64,000 bases of DNA. It comes from Escherichia coli. GTDB taxonomy: Bacteria; Pseudomonadota; Gammaproteobacteria; Enterobacterales; Enterobacteriaceae. Every line of letters begins with the position of its first letter. Within the stretch, counting starts at the first letter, position 1. The position numbers and the translations under genes were made by a program. The notes under the pieces are model-generated. The model searched no databases. It was not told where the DNA came from and saw nothing but the letters and a program-made list of their open reading frames with translations. This document shows, piece by piece, positions 28,241-38,927 of this stretch. The stretch lies in NCBI RefSeq assembly GCF_044324785.1, contig NZ_CP172127.1. One strand, 5' to 3'.

Positions 28241-29667
28241 CAGTTGCCCCCTTTCAGGGTTAACAGGTATTCCGAGGTGATCTCAGTCTCAAACGTCAGT
28301 CGCTCCAGCGGCGGTGGTGGCGTATATTTGTAGCTCAGCAACAGGTGCCCGGCGGCCAGCTCCGTCTCCGGATTGCGGGCCGGATCAAACCAGCAACGGA
28401 AGCCCAGTACCGCACCATCACCAGTCATTTTGCGACCGTAGGCGTTGACCGACTCCGTCAGTGCATCAATCAGCGCCTGAGTAATCGGCATGTCGATGTA
28501 CTGCTGGCTGAAATAACGAATGGACTCGTTGATCACATCACCGGTGCGGCGAACGTTCTCAAAGTTACGCATATGGGTGACCGTTGGCCATGCTGCCGTC
28601 CGGTTACCCCACAGACGAAGGCCGCTGCCGTAACTGCTGAATACCGTGGTGATCCCCTGTTCGTTAAGCAGGTTCACCTCACTCTGCGGGTCATCAATCA
28701 TCGCGGACAGCTGGCGCTCCACGCCGGTGATCCCCAGAATCTCCTGATTGGAGGATGACCACCAGTAGCCCTTGTCCAGATCGACTCTGGCACGCAGACC
28801 TGCTGCACGCTGGCTGAGCGGCTCCAGACGCTCTGTGTTTGTCACCGGGTCATATACCTTCACATGCGGATAGCACAGACGGACGCGGTCGGAGCTGGTA
28901 TTGAAGTTGATGGTGCCTTCCGGGCCACGACCTGCCAGAGCCTGTGCAAAGGTGGTACCGACAGGCGCATCAATGTAGGTTACCGCGCCCAGCTTCTCTG
29001 CCATGGCGATAAGCTCAACTGCGACACTCTTCTGGGTGCAGAACACCGGCGCAATCAGAATTTTGGCGAAATAGCCGTACAGGTTGAAGCTGTCGTTAAG
29101 CAGCTTCATGCCGGTTCGGTTTCCGGCGCTGTTCACCCCGCCGATGATGTCCGCCGCAGTCACCTTCGACGGGTCCGCGTACTCATAGCTCACCTTCACG
29201 CTGCCACCGGCCTCAATAGCCTTGCCCAGGTTCGTGAGCACACCCGCCTGCGCATCAACACGGTAGTCCGTGTTCGCCGTGTGGGTGGTGCTGCCTTCAC
29301 TGTTTTTCACCACCACATTAGCGACAACCGGATGCGCCAGTCTGGCCTGCCCTGTCGATTTGTCAAAGGTAACCACCTCATCCTCGATCGCCGTTTTATG
29401 TTTCGCCGGGTCGAGGACGTTAATGACCAGAACGGTGCCTGCACCATGGTCATAAATCGCATCCAGCGCCTGCGGAATGGTAAAGCCGGTGAACTGGCTG
29501 CCAAATGCCGCTGCGTCTTTCTCAGACAGGCACTGTACCAGCGTATTGACATCCCCCATCGGGGCGGTACCAATCAGGCCAATAACGGCAGATTTCACCG
29601 TTTTAACCGGGCGGGCACCGTTTTCCACCTCAATGGTTTCGGGACCATGCAGATAGTTAGCTGCCAT
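28240..29667 (-). CDS. Contractile tail sheath protein
   Basis: 475 aa, first tail gene after head-completion genes. Confidence 0.85.
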   Translation of the reverse strand: MAANYLHGPETIEVENGARPVKTVKSAVIGLIGTAPMGDVNTLVQCLSEKDAAAFGSQFTGFTIPQALDAIYDHGAGTVLVINVLDPAKHKTAIEDEVVTFDKSTGQARLAHPVVANVVVKNSEGSTTHTANTDYRVDAQAGVLTNLGKAIEAGGSVKVSYEYADPSKVTAADIIGGVNSAGNRTGMKLLNDSFNLYGYFAKILIAPVFCTQKSVAVELIAMAEKLGAVTYIDAPVGTTFAQALAGRGPEGTINFNTSSDRVRLCYPHVKVYDPVTNTERLEPLSQRAAGLRARVDLDKGYWWSSSNQEILGITGVERQLSAMIDDPQSEVNLLNEQGITTVFSSYGSGLRLWGNRTAAWPTVTHMRNFENVRRTGDVINESIRYFSQQYIDMPITQALIDALTESVNAYGRKMTGDGAVLGFRCWFDPARNPETELAAGHLLLSYKYTPPPPLERLTFETEITSEYLLTLKGGN

Positions 29668-29911
29668 GGGTGTCCTCCGTTTTCACTTCGCTGTCACTGC
29701 TGCTTCTGCGCTTTGGTGACTGCACAGCCGGTGTGCCGGCGGGTTTAGTCTCTTCAGGTACCGGCGTCAGATGTTTCAGCGCCACCAGTACCTTCACGTA
29801 GTCATGCTCCTCCGGCAGGGAAACCGTCTTCCCCGGCCAGAGCAGGATTTCGGTTCCGTCCGACAGCGTGACGCCGCTGGCCGGGCCGGAATAGCGGTAT
29901 TCTTTCATCAC
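29657..29911 (-). CDS. Small phage structural/completion protein
   Basis: 84 aa, overlapping start/stop with neighbours. Confidence 0.45.
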   Translation of the reverse strand: MMKEYRYSGPASGVTLSDGTEILLWPGKTVSLPEEHDYVKVLVALKHLTPVPEETKPAGTPAVQSPKRRSSSDSEVKTEDTHGS

Positions 29912-30372
29912 TCGCTTTCCTCATAGTTCACTTCGGTTAACAGCGGGCCGGACGGTAAATCGCTGTCTTCGATAAAGACGCTTTCAGTCGCGAAGTCGAG
30001 GGCGTACTGCCACAGCCCCCTGACTTCACCGATAAACACCTCGCGGGTCAGCCAGATACGGCGGCGGCAGCCGGGCGGGGTGTGGCCACCGAGAATGCGG
30101 CGGACAGCATCCAGGACATTAATCGCCCCTTTTTTACCGTTGAGCTGGCGGAAGACCACCGTGACGCAGAGCTGGATAGTCTGAGACTGGATCACCGCAC
30201 CGGTATCATCCGGCCTGTCAAAGCGCGAACCGGCATAGCTCAACAGCAACGCGCCAACCGGATGGTTCAGGCGATATTCAGCCGGTTTCTCCGGGAAGTA
30301 CTCCACCTGCAGTTGCGGCAGCTTCTCGCGTAACCGGGCCAGTACCGCATCAAGGACGGGCAGAACGTTCAT
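29908..30372 (-). CDS. Phage head-tail joining protein (Mu gp37-like position)
   Basis: 154 aa; coupled stop/start with neighbours. Confidence 0.5.
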   Translation of the reverse strand: MNVLPVLDAVLARLREKLPQLQVEYFPEKPAEYRLNHPVGALLLSYAGSRFDRPDDTGAVIQSQTIQLCVTVVFRQLNGKKGAINVLDAVRRILGGHTPPGCRRRIWLTREVFIGEVRGLWQYALDFATESVFIEDSDLPSGPLLTEVNYEESE

Positions 30373-30815
30373 CAGTATTTCTCCAGTAAACCGTCACGAC
30401 CGCCGAAAGTAGCCGGGCGACTGCGTACACGAAACTCGCCAGGCTCAGGCACATCTTTCTGAGTGGACGGCAGCCCCAGCGTGAGCCTGTTATCACGTAA
30501 CTCCCTGAGTTGCCGCAGCGCTTCTTTGTGGTCATCCTTCACCGTATCCGGGAGGTCACCTTCCGGGCGGCGGGCGTAGAGCCGGTAACGGACCAGCGTG
30601 ATGGCAATGTCCCGCAGAACAGTCGGTATCTCTGCCAGTGGCAGGATATAGCGTCCGCGCAGATGGGCATCAATCAGCTCGTCGGCATAGCGGATACAGC
30701 TGTCCACCACACGGGTATTCACTGTTGCAGGTGAGTCGAAGTCCATCTCTTCACTGGTGAGCTCGATAAGCGTCCGCTCCGGCACCTGCGCAAGCAAATC
30801 CTCCAGGGTGCAGTA
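30372..30815 (-). CDS. Phage head completion protein (Mu gp36-like position)
   Basis: Probable start MYCTLEDLL at 30815. Confidence 0.5.
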   Translation of the reverse strand, partial: YCTLEDLLAQVPERTLIELTSEEMDFDSPATVNTRVVDSCIRYADELIDAHLRGRYILPLAEIPTVLRDIAITLVRYRLYARRPEGDLPDTVKDDHKEALRQLRELRDNRLTLGLPSTQKDVPEPGEFRVRSRPATFGGRDGLLEKY

Positions 30816-30819
30816 CATG

Positions 30820-31158
30820 TCACACCCCGCGCAGGATACGAATGACGTCGCCTTCACCCCCGGCTTCATCAAGTGCAATACCACAGGATTTACCGTCGCC
30901 GGACTGCGGCACGGCTCTGGCCTGAGCATCTGACTGAACAGCCACACCACGGCTGACAGCGGCCCCGGCCTCGACAGCAATAATGCCCAGAACGCTCACC
31001 GGCGTGCTGTCGCCGGTAACAGCATCCACTTCGGCAACCCCGAGCGCTGCGGCACCGGCTTTACAGGGGGTATTATTTGCCCCGACAAAACGCTGCTGTG
31101 CCAGTGCTGCCCCTGCCGTTACGGTTGTGATCAGAATGACCTGCTGAGTGGTTCCCAT
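30820..31158 (-). CDS. Small Gly/Ala/Val-rich capsid-associated protein
   Basis: 112 aa low-complexity protein directly after the major head gene. Confidence 0.45.
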   Translation of the reverse strand: MGTTQQVILITTVTAGAALAQQRFVGANNTPCKAGAAALGVAEVDAVTGDSTPVSVLGIIAVEAGAAVSRGVAVQSDAQARAVPQSGDGKSCGIALDEAGGEGDVIRILRGV

Positions 31159-31167
31159 AACGCCTCC

Positions 31168-32121
31168 TTATTTACTGATACCGGTAATGAGATACCCGGC
31201 ATCGCCACCAACCACGGCGACTTTGTAGATATCGGTATAACGGCAGTACTTCACCTTGCCACCGGCTCCGTCGTATTTGTCGGCAACAGGCATCCCCTTA
31301 CGACGCAGGGTGTAGCCGAAGGACGGCTCGTTCTCGTCCGCGCTGTCCGCCCCCGGCTGCGGTTTGCCGACATAGTGCAGCATCAGATTGTCTCCCCAGA
31401 TATCCGCCGGCACGCTGTTCTTATCCATTGCCGCTTTCATGGACGGCAGGGAGACTGGGGCACCGATGACGATCTCTTCGATCTGAAAGAGGTCCTGCAG
31501 GATTTCTGTGGTGATGCGCTTGCGTTCGTTGGCTCCGATGGCGGCCTGAATCGCCGGGTGGAACTTCAGCAGCGCCATCACGCCGGCCCCCATGGTCATC
31601 AGGTTAGGACGCAGCCCCGTGGCCGTACGGACCGCTTCCATACCGGCTTCAATCACCCCGATGGGGTCCCCCTTACCACCGGCCCAGCGATCACTGGCTG
31701 TCAGTTTTTTGACGTGCCCGGTACGGTAGACCTTTTCATCCTGAGCCAGACGGGCAGCGATAAGTTCACGGCGCAGGTTCACGCCATTCGTGGCGCGACG
31801 GATGGCCTTGCTCTCTTCGTTAAACATGGACTCCGCCTGCTCGCGATAGTCCACCGGCGCAGCCAGATCGTGTTCACCCAGCACCAGGTCCAGCGTGCCT
31901 GTTTTTTCACGGACCAGAACATTGCTGTCCGCCCCGACGGCACGCTCGGTGTCATATTCCACAAAGGCGGTTTTCCCGAAGGTCGGTACACGCACGCCTT
32001 CCTTGTCCGTCAGCACGACGGGGAAAATACGTTCGCCGATGAATGCGGCATTTTTATAGCCACGGGCGATACTGGTCAGTACCGGATCAACGACACGTTT
32101 ACCTTTTAAGTAATCAGACAT
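31168..32121 (-). CDS. Major head (capsid) subunit, Mu T-like
   Basis: 317 aa between protease/scaffold and head-completion genes. Confidence 0.8.
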   Translation of the reverse strand: MSDYLKGKRVVDPVLTSIARGYKNAAFIGERIFPVVLTDKEGVRVPTFGKTAFVEYDTERAVGADSNVLVREKTGTLDLVLGEHDLAAPVDYREQAESMFNEESKAIRRATNGVNLRRELIAARLAQDEKVYRTGHVKKLTASDRWAGGKGDPIGVIEAGMEAVRTATGLRPNLMTMGAGVMALLKFHPAIQAAIGANERKRITTEILQDLFQIEEIVIGAPVSLPSMKAAMDKNSVPADIWGDNLMLHYVGKPQPGADSADENEPSFGYTLRRKGMPVADKYDGAGGKVKYCRYTDIYKVAVVGGDAGYLITGISK

Positions 32122-32135
32122 GCTCTCTCCTTAAA

Positions 32136-33251
32136 TTACAGGCAGCGTGCGACAGCAGCCTCATAGCTGATGCCTTCTTTTTTGGACAGGGCCACTGCTT
32201 TCTGATGCAGGGCCAGACGCTCAGGATCGGCTTCCGCAAACTCTGCCACATCCACCTTCACCGTGTCGCCGACACGCTCTTTTGTGGCCTGTTCGGCGAA
32301 ATTCATCACCGGCTCCCCGTCGGAGAGCAATGAACGAAAGGCGGTGGCCAGCGGTGTGCGGCTTTCCCCCTCAGCAAACTCCACCGGCTTGTCGCCACCG
32401 GCGACGGCATCCAGCAGGGCAACCACCACGGAGGAGGCGCGGGGAGCCAGACGGCCCTCTGCGACCAGTTTTTCTGCAAAGGCCACATTGTCCTTATGCA
32501 GTTGCTCCTGTCTGACCTGTGCATCACGCGCATCGCGATCAGCAGCCTGCTGCTTCAGGCGGCGGTTCTCCTCCTGAAGGGCTTCAATCTCTTCTTTTGT
32601 CATCGATGATTCCTCGTTACTTGCGGAAGACGGCCCCGGGCCTGTCTCACTGAATTGTGCACCTGCTGCATCCTGCGACAGTGTGTCGCGGTACGCCTCT
32701 TCGCGCAGACTGTTGAGCTGCCATTCCGGCAGGACTTTTTCTGCCTCGTCCAGACTGAAGCGGGCGATCAGAAAATCGCGCAGCTTTCCCCACAGGGAGG
32801 CATTCGTGATGGCCTGCCAGTCGGCGAACTCCACCACACCTTCTTCCTGCTCACTGAAGGACACCTGTTTCAGCCCCTTGACGGAAGGTGGCTGTGCCCC
32901 GAGAAAGCCCACATGGCGAAGGTAGAGCACGCCGGGCTTCGGATTGGACGGTGAATCCGGGAGGTAGAAAGAGGCGGACACTTTTTTGAATCGTCCGTCG
33001 GTGACCATCTCAGCAAACTGCGGGTCCAGCTGGGCAGGCTCTGCCATCAGATCGACGCCGCTGAGCGACAGGGCTTTCACCCAGCCCCACGCCGGGTCTT
33101 CCGTTCTGGGATGACCAATCACGAGTGGTGCTTCATGGACGGACGGGTCATAGGCTTTCACGCAGGCGGCAAGATCGTCTGGCGTGAACGGCAGTTTTTT
33201 GCCGTGCATATCGGTATGAGTACCGGCTTTAAAAATGTGAATGGCTGACAT
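32136..33251 (-). CDS. Head maturation protease/scaffold, Mu I-like
   Basis: 371 aa, coiled-coil stretch LQEENRRLKQQAADRDARDAQVRQEQ; immediately upstream of major head. Confidence 0.75.
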   Translation of the reverse strand: MSAIHIFKAGTHTDMHGKKLPFTPDDLAACVKAYDPSVHEAPLVIGHPRTEDPAWGWVKALSLSGVDLMAEPAQLDPQFAEMVTDGRFKKVSASFYLPDSPSNPKPGVLYLRHVGFLGAQPPSVKGLKQVSFSEQEEGVVEFADWQAITNASLWGKLRDFLIARFSLDEAEKVLPEWQLNSLREEAYRDTLSQDAAGAQFSETGPGPSSASNEESSMTKEEIEALQEENRRLKQQAADRDARDAQVRQEQLHKDNVAFAEKLVAEGRLAPRASSVVVALLDAVAGGDKPVEFAEGESRTPLATAFRSLLSDGEPVMNFAEQATKERVGDTVKVDVAEFAEADPERLALHQKAVALSKKEGISYEAAVARCL

Positions 33252-33465
33252 TTTGCTGTCCCGCGTTATGTTGTCGGAGACAGTTTGTGAGAAATGCAGG
33301 CCCGGCGATTTTAATCTGCTTTAGAAAACATCAGGGGAGAAGGACAGGGAAAGCAATGCGGTGAACCGGAGGCGGTTATAAAACAGAGGCTGTAAAGCCT
33401 TTATAAAGGTAATACAGCCCCTCATTCGCTGGCAATGATAAATCACCCGCCTGAAGAGAGAAAAC

Positions 33466-33924
33466 TCAGCGACGGGCCGCTGATTCAAGATGGCGGACAA
33501 TGGTATCGAGGATGGGGATTACCACTTCAGGCTGTAGTTCTCCATCCCCCGTCACCGGCAGGAACGGGCGGGCCGGAAGTTCAACAGACTCATTACGCCC
33601 CGTTTTACCCCCGAACTGGTGAATGGCACCGTAAACAACGTTGGTCCCCACAACAGCCTGCCGGTCGTCATGGTCGGTTGATACTGACCCCATCAGACGC
33701 CCGGTATCCTGCAGTGTCTGCCCGTCACGTTCTTCCGCTGCCAGCGAGGGCATCCACCCCGGACGCCCCTCATCAAGAAAGTTAAACTGTGTTTCCGCCA
33801 GCAGGGTTCCGGCGATTTTGCGCATCGCGGGCTCCAGGTCTGTGGCAGCAAGATCCAGCGCACGGAGGCTCCGGCGCAGGGACTTATCGTTAATGGTGAT
33901 ACTGACCAGGTTATCGGAAGCCAT
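33466..33924 (-). CDS. Virion morphogenesis protein, Mu G-like
   Basis: 152 aa after F-like gene. Confidence 0.65.
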   Translation of the reverse strand: MASDNLVSITINDKSLRRSLRALDLAATDLEPAMRKIAGTLLAETQFNFLDEGRPGWMPSLAAEERDGQTLQDTGRLMGSVSTDHDDRQAVVGTNVVYGAIHQFGGKTGRNESVELPARPFLPVTGDGELQPEVVIPILDTIVRHLESAARR

Positions 33925-33926
33925 TG

Positions 33927-34775
33927 TTATCCTCTCAGTTCCTGTTGTGCCAGTGGCTGAAGCGTACCCTGATAGCGGGCCAGGTCGGGACGGTATGCTG
34001 CCCCCGGTGCATAAGACCAGCCGACGTCGGTGGTCACCTTCGTGGTGCCGGTATTAAAGGTGGCCACGTTCCGCATTTCGCCGGTTTTCTCTGAGACCAG
34101 TTTCAGTTCCTGGCCCATGGCAGAGCCGGAGCTGATAACCTTCAGGCCACGGGCACGGACATCCGCCGCACTCAGGGCAATCACACTACAGCGGCAGCGC
34201 CAGCCGTTCGGCGGGTAAAATGCCTGCCAGAACGGGTCATCCCAGCGCAGCACCAGACCATGCAGCGCCAGATGGCTCCTGCGGGTATGGCTGTCGTTGA
34301 TGCCGGTATACATCCAGTACGGCCTGTCGTCGACGTTTTCCATCTGCTCCGCCCAACGACCGGCGCTGTAGAGTACGGACATATTGGTGCGAAAGATGGT
34401 GTCGAGCCGCCACGGGCTGCCCTGCTGAATGGTGACCGGCTCACCCGTTACCGGGTCAGTCGTGTCACGTGGTCCCCACCATCCCTTACGCTTCAGCACC
34501 GGCTCCAGCTCCTGCCGGAACCAGCGATCGGTTTTTCCTTCATCGACAGCCTGCTGCAGTGCCCCGCGAATATCTTCCAGAATATCCAGGCGGGTCACTT
34601 TAGCGACGGTAAAGGCGCGGGCATGGGCTTCCTGCCACATTTCTTCCCAGTCCCAGGTAATCTGATACCCTTTGGACTTCAGGTAACTGACTGCCCGCTT
34701 CGGGGGAAGCGTCATGCAGTACGCCAGTTCAGCCGTTGTCACGCTCATGCAGACGCCCCCAGATATTTGCCACAA
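33927..34775 (-). CDS. Head morphogenesis protein, Mu F-like (start may be internal ATG near 34748)
   Basis: 282 aa following portal. Confidence 0.75.
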   Translation of the reverse strand: MWQISGGVCMSVTTAELAYCMTLPPKRAVSYLKSKGYQITWDWEEMWQEAHARAFTVAKVTRLDILEDIRGALQQAVDEGKTDRWFRQELEPVLKRKGWWGPRDTTDPVTGEPVTIQQGSPWRLDTIFRTNMSVLYSAGRWAEQMENVDDRPYWMYTGINDSHTRRSHLALHGLVLRWDDPFWQAFYPPNGWRCRCSVIALSAADVRARGLKVISSGSAMGQELKLVSEKTGEMRNVATFNTGTTKVTTDVGWSYAPGAAYRPDLARYQGTLQPLAQQELRG

Positions 34776-36225
34776 AGAGAATGCGGGCCAGCCGTTCCTG
34801 CAGATCGTCCGTGTTCATCTGAGGGTAGAGCTCCGCCAGTTCGCCCAGCAGCTCAGACGGGTTAACCCCGTTTTCGACCCGCTTAAACAGAGGTGCCAGG
34901 ACGGGTTCCAGCGTGCCATTTAACACACCTCCGTTCATCAGAATGTCCAGCGCGTCGTCAAGCTGCTGCTGAGCCTGAATATCGGCATCAATCGCCTCGG
35001 CAAATGACAGCGGCAGCATGTTATTCTGGCGTTCCGACGGTGGTGTCTCGTCAATATCGCCGTCCTGCAGCTGGTACTCACGCTTAAAGTATTGCGGGGT
35101 CAGACGCAGACCCGCCCGGGTGAGTTTTTCGTCGCGGGTGGCGCGGGTGTCATCAATGGTCTCCTGTTCCCACATGGCCCAGACCGGACACGGCACATCG
35201 CCGAAGTTCAGGGTGACCACCGTTCTGATAACCTGATTCACTGCTGCCTGAATGATGTCCGCATCCGCATCGCGGATATCAGCCGTTACCTCCAGCCCGG
35301 CCTGTGCAGAGGCCTTGTTACTGTTCGCTTCCGTGGTCTGATTCTGACCAAGTAATGCAATGGAGATCTCACTGCGTGACAGTGTGATCAGCTCGCGGAA
35401 TACCTCGCTGCTGTCCGCCTTACCATCCGCGGCTTTGAGTTCGATGCTGCTGTCATCGGGGATGGCGGCCACCGCGTCCTCCACCATCTGCTCCATGGAG
35501 TCCAGCAGTTTTTCAATCTCTGCATCATTTGCACCCCTCGGGTGCTTACCGATCACCCACGGGGAGCCAAACTTTTCGGCAAAGCGGAGCCAGAATTTCA
35601 TCCCGCCTTTCTTGAAGGCGACCGGCCAGAAGCACATGGACAGGTCCGGGAAACCGTAAGGATTGTCATACGAGGCATCCTGTGCCGGCACCACGAATTT
35701 TGACGGTGACAGCAGCTCACCCTCCACACCCGCATCACGCGCCCGGAAGCGCAGGCAGTTGTCCGTATCAAACTGAAACCACTCAGGCGGTTTGCCGACA
35801 ATATCCGTCACTGCCCACGCCCTGACCGAACGGCCCCACATGATTTCACAGGGCTGATACCCGTAGAGCACGGCATCACTCATCTCACCGATGATGCGGG
35901 ACAGATCCAGATCGTCGAGCATGTCGCGGATGAAACGGAAGACCCGGGCAGAAGCGTGACCGCGCTCCAGTCCACGCTCCAGTGATTTGAGCGCTGCTTT
36001 ACGTCTGCGGATACAGCCCCCGACCAGCGGGTCGGTGCGCAGTTCGCGGTAGATACGGATATCCCGTCCCTGAGCCTTGAGAATGGGATCAGGATTGGGC
36101 AGATACATGCCCAGTCCGTAAAAGTCGATCGCGCGGCTGCGGGAGGCAATCTGCGCGGTCAGTGATTTCTGAGGCTCAGAAAAAGCAACAAATTCATCGG
36201 GTGAAACCCAGATACCCCTCGCCAT
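34729..36225 (-). CDS. Portal protein (Mu gp29-like)
   Basis: 498 aa directly after large terminase. Confidence 0.8.
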   Translation of the reverse strand: MARGIWVSPDEFVAFSEPQKSLTAQIASRSRAIDFYGLGMYLPNPDPILKAQGRDIRIYRELRTDPLVGGCIRRRKAALKSLERGLERGHASARVFRFIRDMLDDLDLSRIIGEMSDAVLYGYQPCEIMWGRSVRAWAVTDIVGKPPEWFQFDTDNCLRFRARDAGVEGELLSPSKFVVPAQDASYDNPYGFPDLSMCFWPVAFKKGGMKFWLRFAEKFGSPWVIGKHPRGANDAEIEKLLDSMEQMVEDAVAAIPDDSSIELKAADGKADSSEVFRELITLSRSEISIALLGQNQTTEANSNKASAQAGLEVTADIRDADADIIQAAVNQVIRTVVTLNFGDVPCPVWAMWEQETIDDTRATRDEKLTRAGLRLTPQYFKREYQLQDGDIDETPPSERQNNMLPLSFAEAIDADIQAQQQLDDALDILMNGGVLNGTLEPVLAPLFKRVENGVNPSELLGELAELYPQMNTDDLQERLARILFVANIWGRLHERDNG

Positions 36226-37748
36226 CAGAATCCCTCCAGCATACGGGCCGCCTGACGACGACGGCGTGAGCTTGCCTTCACCGGCCCTTTGTTAATTTCA
36301 CGGCTGGCGAAATACGCCAGCGCCAGTGCGATGGCTGAATCCCCGTGACGTTTACCACCATCAGCCTTTGCTTTTGAGCGTTGCTCCGGCACGCGGGGGA
36401 CACCGTTCACCACCTGAACGGCCCGCAGGTCATCCAGTGTGTCTTCATCCTTTGGTAAGTCCACCAGGTTACCGTCTTCCAGTGCAGCTTTGACCGGAGG
36501 CATATGCTCCCGGTACCAGCCTTCGGTTGGCATCACCTGCTGAACCCGGCCGGAGCCGTAGCGCTGCATGGCGTATTCAGCCAGATAGGCACCATTACCA
36601 CGGGCATCAAACGCTGCACCCAGCAGACCGGGCAGGCCATCCATCAGATACCAGGTGATTTGCTCCTGCTGCCTGAACGGCACGTTACGCAACTCCAGTA
36701 CGAATGGCACGCGTCGTATCAGGTTCTTCTCCTGCAACAACGGGTAGTCCACCGACAAATCCCCGCTACGGCCAAAGTCACGCCCCAGAAAAGAGCGGGC
36801 ACCAGCGGGGAGCGCCTCCAGTAATGGTTTCAGATGCTCATCAAGCCAGTCCTGCGTCTCGCGGAAGCGAACCTCATCAGACAGCAGTTCATAACCTTCC
36901 TTGCAGGTCAGACGCAATACCGGCGTATCAGCGGACATGCGGGACTCTATCAGGGCTCGGGACAGCCAGGCACCGCCACCGTTGGCCGGAATACAGTCAA
37001 GCTCTTCGGATGCACCGGCACCGTAGAATTTGTACACCGACGCCATCCAGGCCTGCTCGGATGCCTCCGACCATTCCTTCCCGGTGCGCAGACAAACGCG
37101 CCGGAACAGCCCCTCAGATACGGCTTCCCGGAAAGTGATGCGATGTACGCTGCCTCCCTGACGTCCGGCACGGATATCCCCGATAAGCGTATTGAACGGA
37201 TTGTCGTCACCGTCATGGGTGGAGATAACGCGTACCTTTCCCCCCCAGATAAGCATCGCCAGCGCCGCTTTCAGCAGTTCGTCCAGTTGCTCATGGAACG
37301 CCGCTTCGTCGATAACAATAATACCCTGACGGCCACGCAGGTTAGACGGGCGGCTGGAGAGCGCAACAATACGAAAGCCGGAGTCAGGAAATTTGATGGT
37401 GTAAGTCCTGATGTGTTTGTCGTCGTCGTCCTCTTCCCAGAATCCTTCTTCAATTTCACTGGCCGCATAGTTGAATGCCCGTGCCCACATCGCACACGCC
37501 TGAATGTATTCGACGGTCATGTCCTGGTTATAAGCGATGTAATACACATTCATCCCGCCTGCTGGCGCAGAAGAGGCGGCGGTCAGTACGTTATCGGATG
37601 CCTCAGCCCATGTAATACCGGTACGACGGCTCTTTTCTATCACCTTAAGCGGAGAGGCATCTGCCACCCAGCGCTGCTGGTAGGGCAACAGAACGGGAGG
37701 GGCCTTATAACTCGCGGTGTCAGGAATGTGCGGCGGCAGCTCCGTCAT
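36225..37748 (-). CDS. Terminase large subunit
   Basis: 507 aa with ATPase-like motifs (GIIVIDEAAF) and C-terminal nuclease region. Confidence 0.8.
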   Translation of the reverse strand: MTELPPHIPDTASYKAPPVLLPYQQRWVADASPLKVIEKSRRTGITWAEASDNVLTAASSAPAGGMNVYYIAYNQDMTVEYIQACAMWARAFNYAASEIEEGFWEEDDDDKHIRTYTIKFPDSGFRIVALSSRPSNLRGRQGIIVIDEAAFHEQLDELLKAALAMLIWGGKVRVISTHDGDDNPFNTLIGDIRAGRQGGSVHRITFREAVSEGLFRRVCLRTGKEWSEASEQAWMASVYKFYGAGASEELDCIPANGGGAWLSRALIESRMSADTPVLRLTCKEGYELLSDEVRFRETQDWLDEHLKPLLEALPAGARSFLGRDFGRSGDLSVDYPLLQEKNLIRRVPFVLELRNVPFRQQEQITWYLMDGLPGLLGAAFDARGNGAYLAEYAMQRYGSGRVQQVMPTEGWYREHMPPVKAALEDGNLVDLPKDEDTLDDLRAVQVVNGVPRVPEQRSKAKADGGKRHGDSAIALALAYFASREINKGPVKASSRRRRQAARMLEGF

Positions 37749-38293
37749 GATACCACCCCCAGAATTTCCCGGCGCAGTGCCTGTACGGCTTCCGCAGAGA
37801 GCCCGCCCTTACGGGCAATTTTCTCGGCGGCAGCGGCAGCACGTTCAACCCTCTCTCTGACTTCTGCCTGATAGCGCTTGAGGTTGACCGAGGCGCGGGT
37901 CAGTGTGGCGATATTTTTTGAAGCCGTTGCCAGCAGTTTTGCCCGGGCGAAGGGATCGTCGTTTTCCCGCGACTCCTGCAGGCGCATCAGGATATCCGTC
38001 ATTTCGGTCTGGACGAGGGTTATCAGCCCGGCTGAACGGTCATCAGGATCGTCTCCGGCCTCCCGGGCAAGCAGACGCGCTGCCTCGGTTGCCGCCCGCA
38101 CCCGGGCCAGTTGCTGCTCCATTTTGTAGCCAAACCGCTGCAGGGAAGAGCGGGTGATGCTGTACCCCTTTTCCTTCAACAGACTTTCAAGCTCTGCATA
38201 GCCGGTGAAATTATTCTCCGTCAGTGCCCGCTCAAGCCAGCGACGGACCTCCTTCGGCAGAGAATCAATGCTGCTGCGACGTCCCATAATCAC
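37745..38293 (-). CDS. Putative terminase small subunit / DNA-binding packaging protein
   Basis: 182 aa, basic N-terminus, coupled to large terminase. Confidence 0.55.
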   Translation of the reverse strand: MIMGRRSSIDSLPKEVRRWLERALTENNFTGYAELESLLKEKGYSITRSSLQRFGYKMEQQLARVRAATEAARLLAREAGDDPDDRSAGLITLVQTEMTDILMRLQESRENDDPFARAKLLATASKNIATLTRASVNLKRYQAEVRERVERAAAAAEKIARKGGLSAEAVQALRREILGVVS

Positions 38294-38601
38294 TCACTCC
38301 AGTATTTTTCCGGGCGGGCAATACCGGGGCCGCATTCCACGGTGTATTCCACAATATCCACACCAAGGCGACTCAGATCGGCAAACCAGTCACCGGAAGG
38401 CCTCTTCTCCAGTTCCACCATCTTGCGATCTGCCAGGTAATCAAGCTCACGGCGCAGCTCCAGTTGCGTGGTGTCCGGGTAGATGGCGCGGGACACTTCC
38501 AGCAGCAGCGTCTCGCTGGCGGTATAAGGGCGGGTTTTGTTCAGGGCAACCAGCAGACTCCAGCGCAGGGATTCGCGGCGTACCCGGGTAATATCGACCA
38601 T
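38290..38601 (-). CDS. Hypothetical phage protein (103 aa)
   Basis: Coupled ORF between lysis and packaging genes. Confidence 0.45.
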   Translation of the reverse strand: MVDITRVRRESLRWSLLVALNKTRPYTASETLLLEVSRAIYPDTTQLELRRELDYLADRKMVELEKRPSGDWFADLSRLGVDIVEYTVECGPGIARPEKYWSE

Positions 38602-38927
38602 TATTGACCTCCGGTATTGCGGTACTGCTGTACCACTTCCAGTTTGTTGTAGAGCGCGTCCAGTTTGGCCTCGATGACTGTCTGGCCACGGATATAATCC
38701 TCGCGACGGACATAATTCAGCGGTAAATCCGCTTTAAATCGCATAAATTCTTTTTCCAGTTCGCCCCAGTTGGAGGCGGACTGTTGCAGGGCCTGCTCAA
38801 GGGAGGCGAATCGTGCCGCCTGGCGTTCTTCTGTTTTACTGAACAACCATTTGGCGAGCCCTCCCACAAACCCCATGAAGGTGAGCAAAAAACTCACCAC
38901 CGTCCAGAATTCAACCTGCAGTGTCAT
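38601..38927 (-). CDS. Small phage membrane protein (108 aa, one N-terminal TM helix)
   Basis: FWTVVSFLLTFMGFVGGLAKWLF hydrophobic segment. Confidence 0.45.
   Translation of the reverse strand: MTLQVEFWTVVSFLLTFMGFVGGLAKWLFSKTEERQAARFASLEQALQQSASNWGELEKEFMRFKADLPLNYVRREDYIRGQTVIEAKLDALYNKLEVVQQYRNTGGQ

Noticed and set aside
28864-29748. 294-aa plus-strand ORF
   Set aside because: Antisense to the tail sheath gene; shadow ORF
31375-32109. 244-aa plus-strand ORF
   Set aside because: Antisense to the major head gene; shadow ORF
36834-37871. 345-aa plus-strand ORF
   Set aside because: Antisense to the large terminase gene in GC-rich DNA; no SD and no recognisable motifs
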